Below are positions 48,967 to 60,976 of a DNA stretch of 64,000 nt, piece by piece. The stretch comes from a bacterium (GTDB lineage Bacteria; UBA8248; JACPRG01; G963555815). Numbering within the stretch: the stretch's first letter is position 1; each line of letters starts with the position of its first letter. The notes beneath the pieces were generated by a model. That model did no database searches, was not told where the DNA came from, and was given only the letters and a program-made list of their open reading frames with translations. A program made the position numbers and the translations under genes. The DNA is taken from contig CAUVWX020000002.1 of the NCBI GenBank assembly GCA_963555815.3, positions 512,001 to 576,000 on the forward strand, in the 5' to 3' direction.

Positions 48967-50072
48967 TGATCGATCGGCGCCTGCTCGCAAATATGGACTG
49001 GGTCCTGGTCGGCACCGTCCTGATCATCTGCTTAACGGGGATCTTTATGGTTTACAGCGCCACCTACACCAAAATCGAGGGGGCGTTGAGTGGGCTCTCT
49101 CTTCGCCAGCTATATTGGCTGGGGTATGGCTTGGCGGGGCTAACGGTCCTGCTGTTTCTGGACTACCATCTTTTCCAGCGTTACGGTTATCTCCTTTTTT
49201 TCCTGTCTCTACTTCTGTTGATCTTGGTCCCCATCACCGGACGAATCGTCTCGGGGGCACAGCGCTGGCTCATCTTCGGGCCCTTTCGGGTCCAGCCCGC
49301 CGAATTTGCCAAGCTCGCCCTGATCCTGGCCCTGGCCAAGTATTTTTCTGAGACCGCGAGGGAGCCTCCTCTCCGCCTAAGAGACCTGGCCCTTCCGGTG
49401 TGCTTGATCGGAGTCCCGGCATTCCTGGTGGCCGCCCAACCCGACCTCGGAAGTGCCCTCCTCCTGATCTTTCTCGGGGGGTCCATCCTGGTCGTCGCCG
49501 GGCTTCGCCGGGGAACCCTGTTGACCCTGGCCCTGGGGGGGATGAGTCTCGCACCCATCGGGTGGTTCTTCCTGAAGGGATACCAGAAGCAGCGGATCTT
49601 GACGGTCTTCTACGGCGCGGGCGCGGATCCTTTGGGGGCTGGCTACCAGAGTCTCCAGTCCCAAATCGCGGTGGGGTCCGGCGGAATCTGGGGGAAGGGC
49701 CTCCTGGCGGGGACCCAGAGCCAGCTCCACTTTCTCCCCGAACAACACACCGATTTTCTCTTCGCCGTCTTCGCCGAGGAATTGGGTTTCCTCGCCGTCG
49801 CCGCCCTGCTCGCGCTCTACTGTCTTCTCCTCGTGCGGGGAGCCCAGATCGCCTACCGAAGCCGGGACCTCTTCGGAGCCCTGGTGGCCTTGGGAGTCGT
49901 GGCCTCCATCGGCTTACAAACGATCCTCAATGTGGCCATGACGACGGGCCTCATCCCCATTGTCGGCCTCCCCCTCCCCTTCATGAGCTATGGGGGATCG
50001 GCCCTCGTCTCCCAGCTCCTTGGCGTGGGTCTGCTTCTCAGCATCCGAATGCGCCGCTTCGTCAACTACTAA
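48966..50072 (+). CDS. rodA: Peptidoglycan glycosyltransferase RodA
   Basis: QPAEFAK, QPDLG, LPEQHTDF and SYGGS motifs. Confidence 0.95.
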   Translation: MIDRRLLANMDWVLVGTVLIICLTGIFMVYSATYTKIEGALSGLSLRQLYWLGYGLAGLTVLLFLDYHLFQRYGYLLFFLSLLLLILVPITGRIVSGAQRWLIFGPFRVQPAEFAKLALILALAKYFSETAREPPLRLRDLALPVCLIGVPAFLVAAQPDLGSALLLIFLGGSILVVAGLRRGTLLTLALGGMSLAPIGWFFLKGYQKQRILTVFYGAGADPLGAGYQSLQSQIAVGSGGIWGKGLLAGTQSQLHFLPEQHTDFLFAVFAEELGFLAVAALLALYCLLLVRGAQIAYRSRDLFGALVALGVVASIGLQTILNVAMTTGLIPIVGLPLPFMSYGGSALVSQLLGVGLLLSIRMRRFVNY

Positions 50073-50219
50073 AACATCCCTGACCTCCCCTCGGGGCCCG
50101 CTTGACTTTCACAAGCCAAGGCTTAACCTTCCTTACAAGTAGCCAGGATATCAATAGGTGCTCCGTCAACGCCCGGGGTGTGGATTGGTGCCCAATTTTC
50201 AATAAGTTGAGGGAATTTT

Positions 50220-51737
50220 ATGGCAAGCGAGTTCATCGTCAACGCAGAGCCCCAGGAGACCCGTGTGGCCCTCCTAGAGAACAAGGTGGTCACAGAACTC
50301 TATGTGGAGCGAAAGCGGGACGAGGGGATCGTGGGAAACGTCTACAAGGGAAAAGTGACCCGGATCCTTCCCGGGATGCAGGCTGCCTTTGTGGACATCG
50401 GCCTCGAGAAGGCGGGATTCCTCTATGTGGCTGATGTTGACGTGGAACACGGAGAATATGGCCGCCTCTACGAGGAGGATGAAGAGCCAGATATCGAGTT
50501 CGACCGCCGAGCGCGCACGCGTCGAACCCCAACCGCCCCCATTGAGAACCTCCTCCAGACGAGCCAGGACATCCTGGTCCAGGTGACCAAGGATCCCATC
50601 GGGACAAAGGGTTGCCGCCTCACCTCCTACGTCACCCTGCCCGGAAGGTATCTCGTCTTCATGCCGACCATAGACCAGGTGGGGGTCTCCCGACGCATCG
50701 GGGACGACGGGGAGCGAAAGCGCCTGAAAAAGCTTGTGCGGCGCCTCAAGGCCGACGGGGCGGGCTACATTGTGCGGACCGTCGCCGAGGGCCTGGAGGA
50801 GGAGGAGTTTCAGAGGGACGCCCAGTTCCTCTCGACCCTCTGGAATAAGGTCCGCGAGGCCGAGGAGCAAGCGATGGCGCCGGCCATCCTCCACGACGAC
50901 CTGAACCTGGTCTCTCGGACCATCCGGGACCTCTTCACCGAGGACATCGAGCACATGTTCATCGACTCCCCTGAGGTATACGCTGAGACCCGGGAGTTCG
51001 TGGAGACGTTTTATCCCCACCTGGCCTCTCGAATTGAGCACTACCAGGGGCGAGAGCCCATCTTCGATGCCCACGGCGTGGAGCTGGAGATCGAGCGTGC
51101 CCTGGGCCGCCGGGTCTGGCTCAAGTCGGGAGGCTACATCGTCATTGACCAGACCGAGGCCCTCGTCAGCATCGATGTCAACACGGGCCGATTCGTCGGA
51201 AAACGCAACCCCGAGGAGACCATCCTCAAGACCAACCTGGAGGCCATCAAAGAGGTCGTCTACCAACTTCGTCTGCGGAACATCGGCGGGATCATCATTA
51301 TCGACTTCATCGACATGGAGCGGGGGGATAGTAAGGAGAAGGTCTTCGAGACCCTGGCCCAGGAACTTCGATCCGACCGATCCCGCACGAGAATCCTGAA
51401 GATCTCAGAGCTCGGCCTCGTGGAGATGACCCGAAAGCGGGTGCGGGATAGCCTCGGCTCGTTCCTCTGTCACCCCTGCCCTTACTGCGACGGTCGGGGC
51501 GTGATTAAATCCACCACCACCGTCTGTTACGAGATCTTCCGAGAACTCAGGCGAGTCTCCAACCGAGAGGGGCCCGCCGAAAAAATTCTGGTCAACGCCC
51601 ACCCCGCCGTAGCGGACCTCCTCCTGGAAGAGGAAAGCGTCTATCTGGAGCATATCGAGAAACAGCTCCAGACCAAGGTGGTGGTGAAGGCCGACAAGGA
51701 CCTCCACCGGGAAGGTTTTGAGGTGATGGCCCTCTGA
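50220..51737 (+). CDS. rng: Ribonuclease G (Rne/Rng family)
   Basis: S1 domain GMQAAFVDIG, IDVNTG, IIIDFIDM and CPYCDGRG; 505 aa with no long C-terminal scaffold. Confidence 0.9.
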   Translation: MASEFIVNAEPQETRVALLENKVVTELYVERKRDEGIVGNVYKGKVTRILPGMQAAFVDIGLEKAGFLYVADVDVEHGEYGRLYEEDEEPDIEFDRRARTRRTPTAPIENLLQTSQDILVQVTKDPIGTKGCRLTSYVTLPGRYLVFMPTIDQVGVSRRIGDDGERKRLKKLVRRLKADGAGYIVRTVAEGLEEEEFQRDAQFLSTLWNKVREAEEQAMAPAILHDDLNLVSRTIRDLFTEDIEHMFIDSPEVYAETREFVETFYPHLASRIEHYQGREPIFDAHGVELEIERALGRRVWLKSGGYIVIDQTEALVSIDVNTGRFVGKRNPEETILKTNLEAIKEVVYQLRLRNIGGIIIIDFIDMERGDSKEKVFETLAQELRSDRSRTRILKISELGLVEMTRKRVRDSLGSFLCHPCPYCDGRGVIKSTTTVCYEIFRELRRVSNREGPAEKILVNAHPAVADLLLEEESVYLEHIEKQLQTKVVVKADKDLHREGFEVMAL

Positions 51738-51750
51738 GACCCCCCCCGCC

Positions 51751-51780
51751 TTGACAGGTTCTCTCACAGCCATCTATATT
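51751..51780 (+). promoter_or_regulatory. Putative sigma70 promoter upstream of dprA
   Basis: TTGACA-N18-TATATT. Confidence 0.45.
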
Positions 51781-51859
51781 CCATCCCCGGCTCTCGGCGG
51801 GTTCCAGTCCATCAGAAGCCGCGGGAAAAGGCGTACTCCTGACCCTCTGGAGGGATTCT

Positions 51860-52963
51860 TTGGAAGCTCGCGGTGGACGGTCGGCGTGGATTGCCCTGAA
51901 CCTTCTTCCAGGTCTCACGCCGCGACAGGTTGAAGTTCTGCTGGCAGGCTTCGGAGGGCCGGAGGCCATCCTTGAGGCCACTGAGGCCGACCTCAAGGCG
52001 CGTGGTCGCCTTTCGGCCAAGTCCGCCTCTCGCGTGCGTGGATTTCAGCGGGAGAAGGCCCTCGAGGAAGAGCTGCGAGAGGCCGAACGTCTCAAGGTCA
52101 CGATCATGACCCGGGAGGAGCCTGAGTATCCCGCCTCCTTGCTGGCGATCCCCGACCCCCCACCCGTCCTCTATGTGCGAGGCGAACTCCTGGAGAGGGA
52201 TCGACTGGCCATCGCCATCGTGGGGACACGAAGGTCCACAACTTACGGCCGGCGGACCGCAGAGCGTCTTGGCCGGGGGCTTGCCGAGAAGGGACTCACG
52301 GTGGTGAGCGGCATGGCGCGGGGCGTCGACAGCGCTGCCCACCGGGGCGCCCTCTCGGGGAAAGGTCGTACCGTGGCCGTCTTCGGGAGCGGGCTTGCGA
52401 AGCTATATCCTCCTGAGGCAAAGGAGCTTTTTGACGCCATCGCACAGAGTGGGGCCGTTGTGTCCGAGTGGCCCCTCGCCACTCCTCCCCTCCCTCGCCA
52501 CTTCCCCCAGAGAAACCGGGTCATCAGTGGTCTCGCCCTGGGAACAGTGGTCGTGAAGGCGCCAAAGGCGAGCGGAGCCCTCATTACGGCCCGGTTGGCT
52601 GCGGAACAAGGCCGAGACGTGTTCGCCGTGCCAGGACGTGTGGACTCCCCCCAGAGCCGGGGCACCCACCATCTTCTCCGAGAGGGGGCCCAGCTCGTGG
52701 ATTCGGCCGAGGACATCCTGGCCGAACTTCCCCCCGAGCTGGTGGCCCTGCTTCCCTCGGTACAGGAGGTCCCCGGGAGTGCACCCCCCCTGCCCGCCCG
52801 AGAGGCCAAGGTCTTCACGCTGGTGGGCACGGGAGAAAAGCACATTGACCGCCTCATTGAGGAGAGCGCCTTGTCGGCGGGAGAAGTCTCTGGGGCCCTG
52901 ATGAGCCTTGAGCTCAAGGGGCTTGTCCGACAATTTCCCGGCAAAATCTTTGCCCGGGCCTGA
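51860..52963 (+). CDS. dprA: DNA-protecting protein DprA
   Basis: AIVGTR, VSGMARGVD, FPQRNRVISG, SGALITA and VFAVPG motifs. Confidence 0.95.
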   Translation: MEARGGRSAWIALNLLPGLTPRQVEVLLAGFGGPEAILEATEADLKARGRLSAKSASRVRGFQREKALEEELREAERLKVTIMTREEPEYPASLLAIPDPPPVLYVRGELLERDRLAIAIVGTRRSTTYGRRTAERLGRGLAEKGLTVVSGMARGVDSAAHRGALSGKGRTVAVFGSGLAKLYPPEAKELFDAIAQSGAVVSEWPLATPPLPRHFPQRNRVISGLALGTVVVKAPKASGALITARLAAEQGRDVFAVPGRVDSPQSRGTHHLLREGAQLVDSAEDILAELPPELVALLPSVQEVPGSAPPLPAREAKVFTLVGTGEKHIDRLIEESALSAGEVSGALMSLELKGLVRQFPGKIFARA

Positions 52964-53101
52964 TGCGGTTTTAGGAATATATATAAGAAAGGGGTGTGCA
53001 ACCTCATGAGATTCACCGCCAGGCACACGGTTTCCGATCGGGTCTCAGGACCCCTCCCGCGCTTTGTACCGCGCGGGAAAAAGCCCTTCCCAAACTAAGC
53101 C

Positions 53102-55360
53102 ATGTCAAACCCCCTCGTCATTGTCGAGTCTCCTGCCAAAGCCAAGACTCTAAAGAAATTCCTGGGCAAGCGCTTCCACATAAAAGCCTCGGTGGGACAC
53201 GTGAGAGACCTCCCCGTAAAGAAGTTGGGGGTGGATGTAAAAAAAGATTTTGAGCCCCAATACGAGGTCATCTCGGGGAAGCGAAAAGCGTTGGAGGAGC
53301 TCAAAAAAGCGGCGGCGAAGGCCAAAACCATCTACCTCGCCCCGGACCCCGACCGCGAAGGGGAAGCCATCGCCTGGCACATCCAGCAGGAACTCGAGCC
53401 CGTCACTTCCGCCCACATCTACCGCATCAGCTTCAACGAAATCACCCAACAAGCCGTGACCCACGCCGTGGAGAACCCCGGGGAGATCGACCCCAACAAA
53501 GTCAACGCACAGCAGGCCCGCCGGATCCTGGACCGCCTGGTGGGTTACAAGCTCAGCCCCCTCCTGGGCCAGCGACTCAAAAACTGGGGCCTCAGCGCAG
53601 GCCGCGTCCAATCCGTAGCGCTTCGGATAATCTGCGACCGAGAGCGTGAGATCGAGGCTTTTAAGCCCGAGGAGTACTGGTCACTGACGGCAACCCTGCT
53701 GGGCAGGGAGGAGCCCTCCTTCGAGGCAAAGCTCGTCGGACTGGACGGCAAGAAGCCCAAGATCCGGAACCAAGCCGAAAACGACGCCCTGCTGAAAGAG
53801 CTCTCTGGAGCCCAATTCCAGGTGGCGAAGGTGGAGCAAAAGGAACGGAAGCGAAAGCCCCTACCTCCTTTTATCACCTCCACCCTTCAACAAGACGCCT
53901 TCCGAAGGCTTCGCTTCTCCGGGAAGAAGACGATGCGTGTGGCCCAGCAACTCTACGAAGGCCTCGAGCTTGGAGAGCTCGGCGCTCAGGGCCTCATCAC
54001 CTACATGCGGACCGATTCAACGCGAATTACCTCCGAGGCCCTCACCGAGGCCCGGGACTTCATTCAAAACCATTTTGGAAAGGATTACCTCCCGACCAAG
54101 GCCCAGGTCTATCGAGGAAAGAAGGGGACCCAAGATGCCCATGAGGCGGTGCGGCCGACCTCGGTCCGCCGGGAACCCGACCAGGTAAGCCAGTTTCTGA
54201 CAAAAGACCAGCTGGTCCTTTACCAACTCATATGGAACCGTTTCATCGCCTCTCAGATGAACCCCGCCCGTTATGACCAGACCACCATCGACGCCGCCAC
54301 GGGACGTTTTGTCTTCCGAGCCACAGGGTCCATCCTGAAATTCCCCGGCTTCACTCGGCTCTACGAAGAGAGTGAAAATGGAGAGAAAGCCCCGGCCACC
54401 CTGCCCACGGTCCAGAAGGCAGAACCCTTGAGCTGCCAGGGTTTGGAAGGGAAGCAGCATTTCACCCAGCCGCCTGCGCGCTACACCGAGGCGAGCCTGA
54501 TCAAGACCCTGGAGCAGGAAGGGATCGGACGGCCGAGCACCTACGCCGCTATCATCACCACCCTGTTAGGGCGGGATTACGTCCGAACAGAAAAGCGCCA
54601 GCTCACTCCCACCCCCATTGGCCTCATGATCTCAGACCTCCTGACCCAGCACTTCCCCCACCTGATGGACCTTGGGTTCACAGCCGAGATGGAGTCCCGC
54701 CTGGATCGGATCGAGGAGGGCCAGGACAACTGGGTGAAAACCCTCGAGAAATTTTACGCTGACTTTGAGTCAGACCTGGAGCGGGCCAAGGACACCCTGA
54801 CCGCACCCGAGGTGCTGAAGGATCGCAAGTGTCCCGACTGCGGGGCCAACCTAGCCAAGCGACCGGGATCTTACGGGATGTTCATCGGGTGCACCGGATA
54901 TCCGGACTGCCGATACCGGGAGTCCCTGGAGAAACGGGAGGTGGCACCGCCCGTGGAGACGGACATCGAGTGTGAGCGCTGCGGGGCAAAAATGGTGGAG
55001 AAGGAGGGCCGCTTTGGCCGGTTCCTCTCCTGCTCGACCTACCCCAAATGCAAAAATGCAAAACCCCTTCCGACCGGCATCTCCTGTCTCTTACCGGATT
55101 GTAATGGAGAGCTGATTCGACGGCGCTCCAAGCGGGGTCGCTTCTTCTACGGATGCAACCGCTATCCCGAGTGTTCTTTTGTCGCCTGGTCGCGCCCGGT
55201 GCCGCGCCCGTGCCCTCTGTGCGAGTCCCCCTATCTAGTGGAAGGCCGAAAAGGCCTCCGCTGCCCCACAAAGGGTTGTGGCCACCAGGAACCCCTCCCA
55301 GAGGCCGCCGAAGAGAAAGGGGCCGCAGCTGTTGTAGAGGGAGGACAGCCGGCCAAGTGA
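53102..55360 (+). CDS. topA: DNA topoisomerase I
   Basis: [36 protein letters not shown] and C-terminal zinc fingers. Confidence 0.97.
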   Translation: MSNPLVIVESPAKAKTLKKFLGKRFHIKASVGHVRDLPVKKLGVDVKKDFEPQYEVISGKRKALEELKKAAAKAKTIYLAPDPDREGEAIAWHIQQELEPVTSAHIYRISFNEITQQAVTHAVENPGEIDPNKVNAQQARRILDRLVGYKLSPLLGQRLKNWGLSAGRVQSVALRIICDREREIEAFKPEEYWSLTATLLGREEPSFEAKLVGLDGKKPKIRNQAENDALLKELSGAQFQVAKVEQKERKRKPLPPFITSTLQQDAFRRLRFSGKKTMRVAQQLYEGLELGELGAQGLITYMRTDSTRITSEALTEARDFIQNHFGKDYLPTKAQVYRGKKGTQDAHEAVRPTSVRREPDQVSQFLTKDQLVLYQLIWNRFIASQMNPARYDQTTIDAATGRFVFRATGSILKFPGFTRLYEESENGEKAPATLPTVQKAEPLSCQGLEGKQHFTQPPARYTEASLIKTLEQEGIGRPSTYAAIITTLLGRDYVRTEKRQLTPTPIGLMISDLLTQHFPHLMDLGFTAEMESRLDRIEEGQDNWVKTLEKFYADFESDLERAKDTLTAPEVLKDRKCPDCGANLAKRPGSYGMFIGCTGYPDCRYRESLEKREVAPPVETDIECERCGAKMVEKEGRFGRFLSCSTYPKCKNAKPLPTGISCLLPDCNGELIRRRSKRGRFFYGCNRYPECSFVAWSRPVPRPCPLCESPYLVEGRKGLRCPTKGCGHQEPLPEAAEEKGAAAVVEGGQPAK

Positions 55361-56670
55361 GCGGCCATGTCACCATCATCGGCGGTGGGCTTGCCGGGGT
55401 AGAGGCCGCCTGGCAGGCTGCCGAACGGGGTGCGCGGGTTTCTCTCTACGAGATGCGCCCCGTCCAGATGACGCCCGCTCACAAGACAGGAGACCTGGCC
55501 GAGCTCGTCTGCAGCAACTCCCTCAAGGCAGATGGTCCCACGACGGCGCCCGGCCTCCTGAAGGCGGAGATGCGGGCCCTCGGCTCTCTGGTGATGGAGG
55601 CCGCCGACCAGCACCGCGTCCCGGCGGGTGTCGCACTCGCCGTTAACCGGACCGCCTTCTCACGGACCCTGACGGACCGCATTGGGTCTCATCCCCGGAT
55701 CGAGATCCACCGAGAAGAAGTGAAGATTATGCCGGCCTGCGACCCCCTCATCCTGGCGACGGGGCCCCTGACCTCCTCGGCCCTTGCCCAAGAGCTGGCG
55801 ACCCTCACCCAGGAGCGCTACCTCTATTTCTACGACGCCATCTCTCCCATTGTGGACGGGCAGACGGTTGACGGCTCCAAAACCTTCTTCGCCTCCCGAT
55901 ACGGCAAGGGAGGGGATGATTATCTGAACTGCGGTCTATCCCGGGAGGAGTACCAGCTCTTCTGGAAGGCCCTCCTTGAGGCCGAGAAGGTCCCCCTTCA
56001 CCCCTTCGAGAAGGCCATGTACTTTGAGGGGTGTCTTCCCATCGAGGAAATGGCGAGCCGGGGGGAAAAGGTCCTCGCCTTTGGTCCCATGAAGCCGGTC
56101 GGCCTCACCCATCCGGGGACGGGAGCGCGCTATCACGCTGTCGCACAACTGCGGCGCGAGAATACGGCGGGCGAGTCATACAACCTCGTCGGCTTTCAGA
56201 CGAAGCTCACCTATCCCGAACAAAAACGTGTCTTTCGGATGATCCCGGGTCTGGAGGGGGCCGCGTTCTTCAGATACGGGAGCCTCCACCGAAACACTTT
56301 TTTGAACGCCCCGCGGCTTCTTCAGCCAAGCCTCCAGCTCAAGGGGCACGCCCACATCTTCATCGCAGGCCAGATCACCGGGGTGGAGGGATATCTCGAG
56401 TCTGCGGCGACGGGCTGGCTGGCTGGTGTGGGGGCGGTCCATCGCCTCTCAGGCCTCCCCTTCCCCCCCCCCCCTCCAACCACCGCCCTGGGTTCCCTGA
56501 TCCACTACATCACGACGGCCGACCCTGCCCACTTCCAACCCGTCAATATCAACTATGGCCTCATTCCCCCTGTAGACTCCCGGGCCCCTAAGAAGGAGCG
56601 TCGCCAACAGATCGCCCAAAGGGCTCTAGAGGATCTCGAACGGTGGAAAAAGGATCCCGAATCCGTCTGA
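55357..56670 (+). CDS. trmFO: FADH2-dependent tRNA (uracil-54) methyltransferase
   Basis: [26 protein letters not shown] and GQITGVEGY motifs. Confidence 0.95.
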   Translation: MSGHVTIIGGGLAGVEAAWQAAERGARVSLYEMRPVQMTPAHKTGDLAELVCSNSLKADGPTTAPGLLKAEMRALGSLVMEAADQHRVPAGVALAVNRTAFSRTLTDRIGSHPRIEIHREEVKIMPACDPLILATGPLTSSALAQELATLTQERYLYFYDAISPIVDGQTVDGSKTFFASRYGKGGDDYLNCGLSREEYQLFWKALLEAEKVPLHPFEKAMYFEGCLPIEEMASRGEKVLAFGPMKPVGLTHPGTGARYHAVAQLRRENTAGESYNLVGFQTKLTYPEQKRVFRMIPGLEGAAFFRYGSLHRNTFLNAPRLLQPSLQLKGHAHIFIAGQITGVEGYLESAATGWLAGVGAVHRLSGLPFPPPPPTTALGSLIHYITTADPAHFQPVNINYGLIPPVDSRAPKKERRQQIAQRALEDLERWKKDPESV

Positions 56671-57605
56671 AGGAGGCCATCCGTCTATTTGAGCGTCACC
56701 TCTCGCTCGAGCGGGACGCCTCGGTCCACACCCGCAGAAACTATGGGCGGGACCTCGCCGATTTCTCCGACTTTCTGGCCCAGTGGGGGGAAAAAGACCC
56801 TGAGGTCTCAAAGATTGACCGCCTGGCCCTTCGGGCCTACTTGGCGGCCCTCCATCAGAGGGGAAACCGTCCGGCCACTGTCGCCCGAAAGCTGAGCACC
56901 CTGAGGAGTTGCTTTAAATTACTTCAGCGGGAGGGTCTCCTCTCAGGCGATCCAACGACCACCCTCGCCCCTCCCCGTAGGGAGCAACGACTCCCCAGGA
57001 CCCTGACCGTGGACGAGGCCTTCCAGCTTATGAAGGCCCCAAAGGGTGAGGGACCGCTCCAGCGCCGGGACCGGGCCATGTGGGAGGTGTTATACTCGAC
57101 CGGGATCCGGGTGAGCGAGCTGGTTGGCCTGGATCTGGTGCATGTGGACTTAGAGGGAGGGTCCCTTCGGGTGATGGGGAAGGGGAAAAAGGAGCGCTAC
57201 GTCCCTCTCGGGAGCCATGCTAGAGAGGCCCTCTCGCAATATCTCACAGTTCGCCAAAAGATCTCCCCATCGGAGGAGGGAGAGCCCGTCTTCCTCAACG
57301 CTCGCGGGTCACGCCTGACTTCGCGGGGCGTGCGGGGTCTCCTCCACCGACACCTCACGGAGATAGGGCTATCGGGGCGCGCCTCCCCCCACTCCCTTCG
57401 GCACTCCACGGCGACCCACCTCCTGGAGGCGGGGGCCAACCTGCGGGACATCCAGGAGCTCCTCGGCCACAGTTCCCTCTCGACGACACAAAAATACACC
57501 CACCTCGCCCTGGACCATCTCTATGCCGTCTACGACCGGGCCCATCCCCGCGCCCGGCCGAAGAGACCGTCCTCACAGGCACGGGATTTGAAGGGTAAAT
57601 CATGA
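56643..57605 (+). CDS. xerC: Tyrosine recombinase XerC
   Basis: TGIRVSE, GKGKKER, HSLRHS, LLGH and TQKY motifs; trmFO-xerC-hslV synteny. Confidence 0.9.
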   Translation: MEKGSRIRLKEAIRLFERHLSLERDASVHTRRNYGRDLADFSDFLAQWGEKDPEVSKIDRLALRAYLAALHQRGNRPATVARKLSTLRSCFKLLQREGLLSGDPTTTLAPPRREQRLPRTLTVDEAFQLMKAPKGEGPLQRRDRAMWEVLYSTGIRVSELVGLDLVHVDLEGGSLRVMGKGKKERYVPLGSHAREALSQYLTVRQKISPSEEGEPVFLNARGSRLTSRGVRGLLHRHLTEIGLSGRASPHSLRHSTATHLLEAGANLRDIQELLGHSSLSTTQKYTHLALDHLYAVYDRAHPRARPKRPSSQARDLKGKS

Positions 57606-58129
57606 TCCGATCGACGACCATCCTGGCCGTGCGGCGCAATGGGCAAGTGGCCATGGGGGGAGACGGCCAGGTGACCATCGGCAATACGGTCATGAAGCAA
57701 CATGCCGACAAGATCCGCCGTATGTATAAAGACCAAGTGTTGACGGGCTTTGCGGGAAGTGCCGCTGACGCCCTCGCCCTCTTTAGCAAGTTCGAGGGCA
57801 AACTCGAGGAGTATCACGGCAACCTCTCCAGGGCCTCCGTGGAGCTGGCCAAGGAATGGAGGACGGACCGGATCCTTCGCCGCCTGGAGGCGCTCCTTGC
57901 CGTCGCGGACCGGGACCACGCTTTCATCCTGTCCGGTTCCGGCGACCTCATCGAGCCTGACGACGGCATCGTCGGGATCGGGTCCGGGGGGCCTTACGCC
58001 GTGGCGGCCGCCCGCGCCCTGATCACCCGAACCGAGATGGGCGCCGAGGAGATCGTCCGAGAGGCCATGGTCATCGCCGCATCTCTTTGCGTCTACACCA
58101 ACGAAGTCCTCCACATCGAAGTCCTCTGA
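57602..58129 (+). CDS. hslV: ATP-dependent protease subunit HslV
   Basis: TTIL, GDGQVT, GFAGS and GSGG motifs. Confidence 0.96.
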   Translation: MIRSTTILAVRRNGQVAMGGDGQVTIGNTVMKQHADKIRRMYKDQVLTGFAGSAADALALFSKFEGKLEEYHGNLSRASVELAKEWRTDRILRRLEALLAVADRDHAFILSGSGDLIEPDDGIVGIGSGGPYAVAAARALITRTEMGAEEIVREAMVIAASLCVYTNEVLHIEVL

Positions 58130-58130
58130 G

Positions 58131-59531
58131 ATGGAAGACCTCACCCCGCGCCAGATCGTAGAGGCCCTAGACCGATATATCATCGGCCAATCGGCGGCCA
58201 AGCGGGCGGTCGCCATCGCCCTTCGAAACCGCTGGCGGCACCGTCAGCTCTCTCCTGAACTCCAGGAGGAGGTGGCCCCCAAAAACATCATCATGATCGG
58301 GCCCACCGGCGTGGGCAAAACGGAGATCGCCCGCCGGCTTGCCCGCCTGGCCAAGAGCCCCTTCCTCAAGGTAGAGGCCTCGAAGTTCACCGAGGTCGGC
58401 TACATGGGCCGCGACGTGGAGTCTATGATCCGAGACCTGACGGAACTCGCAAAAAATATGGTGGAGTCCGAACACAAACAGAAGGTGCAGGAAAGGGCCG
58501 AGGCGCTGGCCGAGGAGAGGGTCCTGGACGCCCTCCTTCCACCGGGGTCCGCTGAGGCCGTGCCTGAGGTGGAGCCGGAGGCCGAACCTGCGGCCGCTGG
58601 CCCGCGGCGCTTTGACTATATCGGTCCGGAGACCCCTTCGGCCCCACGGGGCCACCACAGCCGTGAAAAGATCCGCGAACTCCTGCGGGCAGGAAAATTG
58701 GATGACCGTGAAGTTGAGATCGAGGTCGCCTTCAAAGTCACGCCCATGATCGGTGTCGTCCCCGGCACCGGCCTTGAGGACCTCGACATCAACCTGAAGG
58801 AGATGCTGGGCGGGATTCTTCCCGAGCGAAGGAAGCGCCGCAAGGTCAACCTTTCCGAGGCCCACCGCATCTTCAAGGAGGATGAGGCCGCAAAGCTCAT
58901 CGACATGGACAAGGTGCTCCATGAGGCCATCCAGCGGGTCGAGGAGTCCGGGATCGTCTTCATCGACGAGATCGACAAGGTCGCAAGCCGGGATCGGACG
59001 GTGGGCCCCGACGTCTCCCGCGAGGGGGTCCAGCGGGACATTCTTCCCATCATTGAGGGAACCTCAGTCGCCACCCGCTATGGGACGGTCCACACGGACC
59101 ACATCCTCTTCATCGCAGCGGGGGCCTTCCACATGACGAAACCCTCAGACCTCATCCCCGAACTCCAGGGGCGCTTCCCCATCCGGGTGGAGCTCGACGC
59201 CCTCGGGGAGGAGGAATTAGTCCGGATCCTCACCGAGCCTCAAAACGCCCTCACCCGCCAGTACACGGAGCTCCTGGCCACAGATGGGGTGCAGATTGTC
59301 TTCACCCCGGAGGGCATCCGCGAGATTGCCCGCCTCGCCGCCCTCGTCAACACCCGGGCGGAGAACATCGGGGCCCGTCGCCTCCACACGGTCCTGGAGA
59401 AGCTTCTGGACGAGATCTCCTTCGAGGCTCCAAACTCGAAGGAGAAAATGCTCACCATCGACCGGGACTATGTCCAAACCTGCCTCCAGAGCATCATCCA
59501 GGACGAAGACTTGAGTCGATACATCCTCTGA
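58131..59531 (+). CDS. hslU: ATP-dependent protease ATPase subunit HslU
   Basis: [28 protein letters not shown] and DLSRYIL motifs. Confidence 0.97.
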   Translation: MEDLTPRQIVEALDRYIIGQSAAKRAVAIALRNRWRHRQLSPELQEEVAPKNIIMIGPTGVGKTEIARRLARLAKSPFLKVEASKFTEVGYMGRDVESMIRDLTELAKNMVESEHKQKVQERAEALAEERVLDALLPPGSAEAVPEVEPEAEPAAAGPRRFDYIGPETPSAPRGHHSREKIRELLRAGKLDDREVEIEVAFKVTPMIGVVPGTGLEDLDINLKEMLGGILPERRKRRKVNLSEAHRIFKEDEAAKLIDMDKVLHEAIQRVEESGIVFIDEIDKVASRDRTVGPDVSREGVQRDILPIIEGTSVATRYGTVHTDHILFIAAGAFHMTKPSDLIPELQGRFPIRVELDALGEEELVRILTEPQNALTRQYTELLATDGVQIVFTPEGIREIARLAALVNTRAENIGARRLHTVLEKLLDEISFEAPNSKEKMLTIDRDYVQTCLQSIIQDEDLSRYIL

Positions 59532-59618
59532 TTCGTCTGGACAATTTGTGTTGAAAGGAATTCGCAGGGGACTAGTATGTAAGAGTTCTTGAACGGCTGG
59601 TCCCGCAGGGAGCACACG

Positions 59619-60497
59619 ATGACGCTCACACCTCAGGAAAAAACGCGAATTCTCGTCCAGGCCCTTCCCTATATCCGCCAATTTCGCGGAAAGACGTTCG
59701 TCATCAAGTACGGGGGAAGTGCCATGGAGGAGGAGTCCCTTCGTGAGGCCTTCGCTGAGGATGTGACCTTCCTGAACTTCATCGGCATCCGAACCATCGT
59801 CGTTCACGGAGGGGGTCCTCAGATCGGAGAGGCGCTGGAGCTCCGGGGAAAGAAAAGCGAGTTCGTGATGGGGCTCCGGGTGACGGACGCCGAGACCATG
59901 GACGTCGTCTCTGTGGTCCTGGGGGAGAAGATCAACAAGGACATCGTGAACCTGATTAACACACACGGGGGGCAAGCGGTGGGCCTCTCGGGGGCGGACG
60001 GCGGGGCCCTGCGGGCCCAGAAGCTCAGCCTCACCCCCCCCGCGGGTTGGAAGGGCAAGCCCCCTGAGCTGGGGATGGTGGGAGAGGTGGTTGGCGTGGA
60101 CACCGCTTTGCTGGGCCGGCTGGGGGATGGGGGCTTTATCCCGGTGGTGGCGCCCCTCGGGGCGGGGGAAGACGGCCTCCTCTATAACATTAACGCCGAC
60201 AACGCCGCGGGAAGCCTGGCGGCGGCCCTAGGGGCGGAGAAGCTTGTCTACCTCACGGATGTCGTCGGGGTCCAGGACAACGGCCAAAAGCTCATCTCCT
60301 CTCTTGCCAGAGCACAGGTCGAAGATCTCAAGAGCAGAGGGGTTATCTCGGGCGGGATGATCCCCAAGGTGGACAACAGCCTTCGGGCCATCGAGGCGGG
60401 AGTCAAGAAGACCCACGTCATCGATGGCCGGATCCCCCACGCCCTCCTCCTAGAGATCTTCACGGACGAAGGGATCGGGACAGAGATTATCTTGTGA
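59619..60497 (+). CDS. argB: Acetylglutamate kinase
   Basis: IKYGGSAM, HGGGPQI, GLRVTD, NINAD and GGMIPKV motifs. Confidence 0.96.
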   Translation: MTLTPQEKTRILVQALPYIRQFRGKTFVIKYGGSAMEEESLREAFAEDVTFLNFIGIRTIVVHGGGPQIGEALELRGKKSEFVMGLRVTDAETMDVVSVVLGEKINKDIVNLINTHGGQAVGLSGADGGALRAQKLSLTPPAGWKGKPPELGMVGEVVGVDTALLGRLGDGGFIPVVAPLGAGEDGLLYNINADNAAGSLAAALGAEKLVYLTDVVGVQDNGQKLISSLARAQVEDLKSRGVISGGMIPKVDNSLRAIEAGVKKTHVIDGRIPHALLLEIFTDEGIGTEIIL

Positions 60498-60508
60498 GCA
60501 TAAAATTA

Positions 60509-60560
60509 GGGGGTGCAGCCGGCTGTAAAGCTCACAGGCCGACCCCCCCTTGTTTGCTTT
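60509..60560. terminator. Hairpin between the convergent argB and CatC-fold genes
   Basis: gggggt...cggctgt-aaagctc-acaggccg-accccc followed by the T-rich ttgtttgcttt. Confidence 0.5.
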
Positions 60561-60605
60561 CCAGAAGCGTCTCTTAGTCTTCTGTTACCCCAGGGGCGTA
60601 TCCCT

Positions 60606-60944
60606 TTATTTTGCACCCGCCTTGAGATGCTTAATCATCTCCTGAACTCCCTCGATCCGATGCTCAAAGCTTTCCAGCGGGGTCACCTGCCATTTGATGA
60701 TCCCCCAGAAGGGCAGGTTCTCCAATAGCCGGCTCAGCTCCTCGTTGGACGGCGCATCCACGATAAACACACCGGACCTGGCTCCCACCTCAAGCCCCCC
60801 AGCCAGGATTTTTCTGTCCTTCTCCAGCTTGACCAAAGTCTGAAAACTGGGAACAACGAGGTTTTCTAAAATCCCGGCAACCTGCTGTGGGGAGAGCAGC
60901 GGACCCGGGTCAATTAAATCCATCCTGACAAGATATTTCATCAC
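60606..60944 (-). CDS. Muconolactone-delta-isomerase-fold protein (cytoplasmic)
   Basis: MKYLVRMD..., DAPSNEELSRLLENLPFW..WQVTPL pattern of the CatC/DUF3303-like dimeric alpha-beta barrel family. Confidence 0.7.
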   Translation of the reverse strand: MMKYLVRMDLIDPGPLLSPQQVAGILENLVVPSFQTLVKLEKDRKILAGGLEVGARSGVFIVDAPSNEELSRLLENLPFWGIIKWQVTPLESFEHRIEGVQEMIKHLKAGAK

Positions 60945-60976
60945 TCGCCCTTAAGCCGGTACTGTCCCTACGACAG

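Noticed and set aside
56643..57605. Tyrosine recombinase as a phage or island integrase
   Set aside because: It sits in the conserved topA-trmFO-xerC-hslVU housekeeping cluster, with no att sites or cargo seen.
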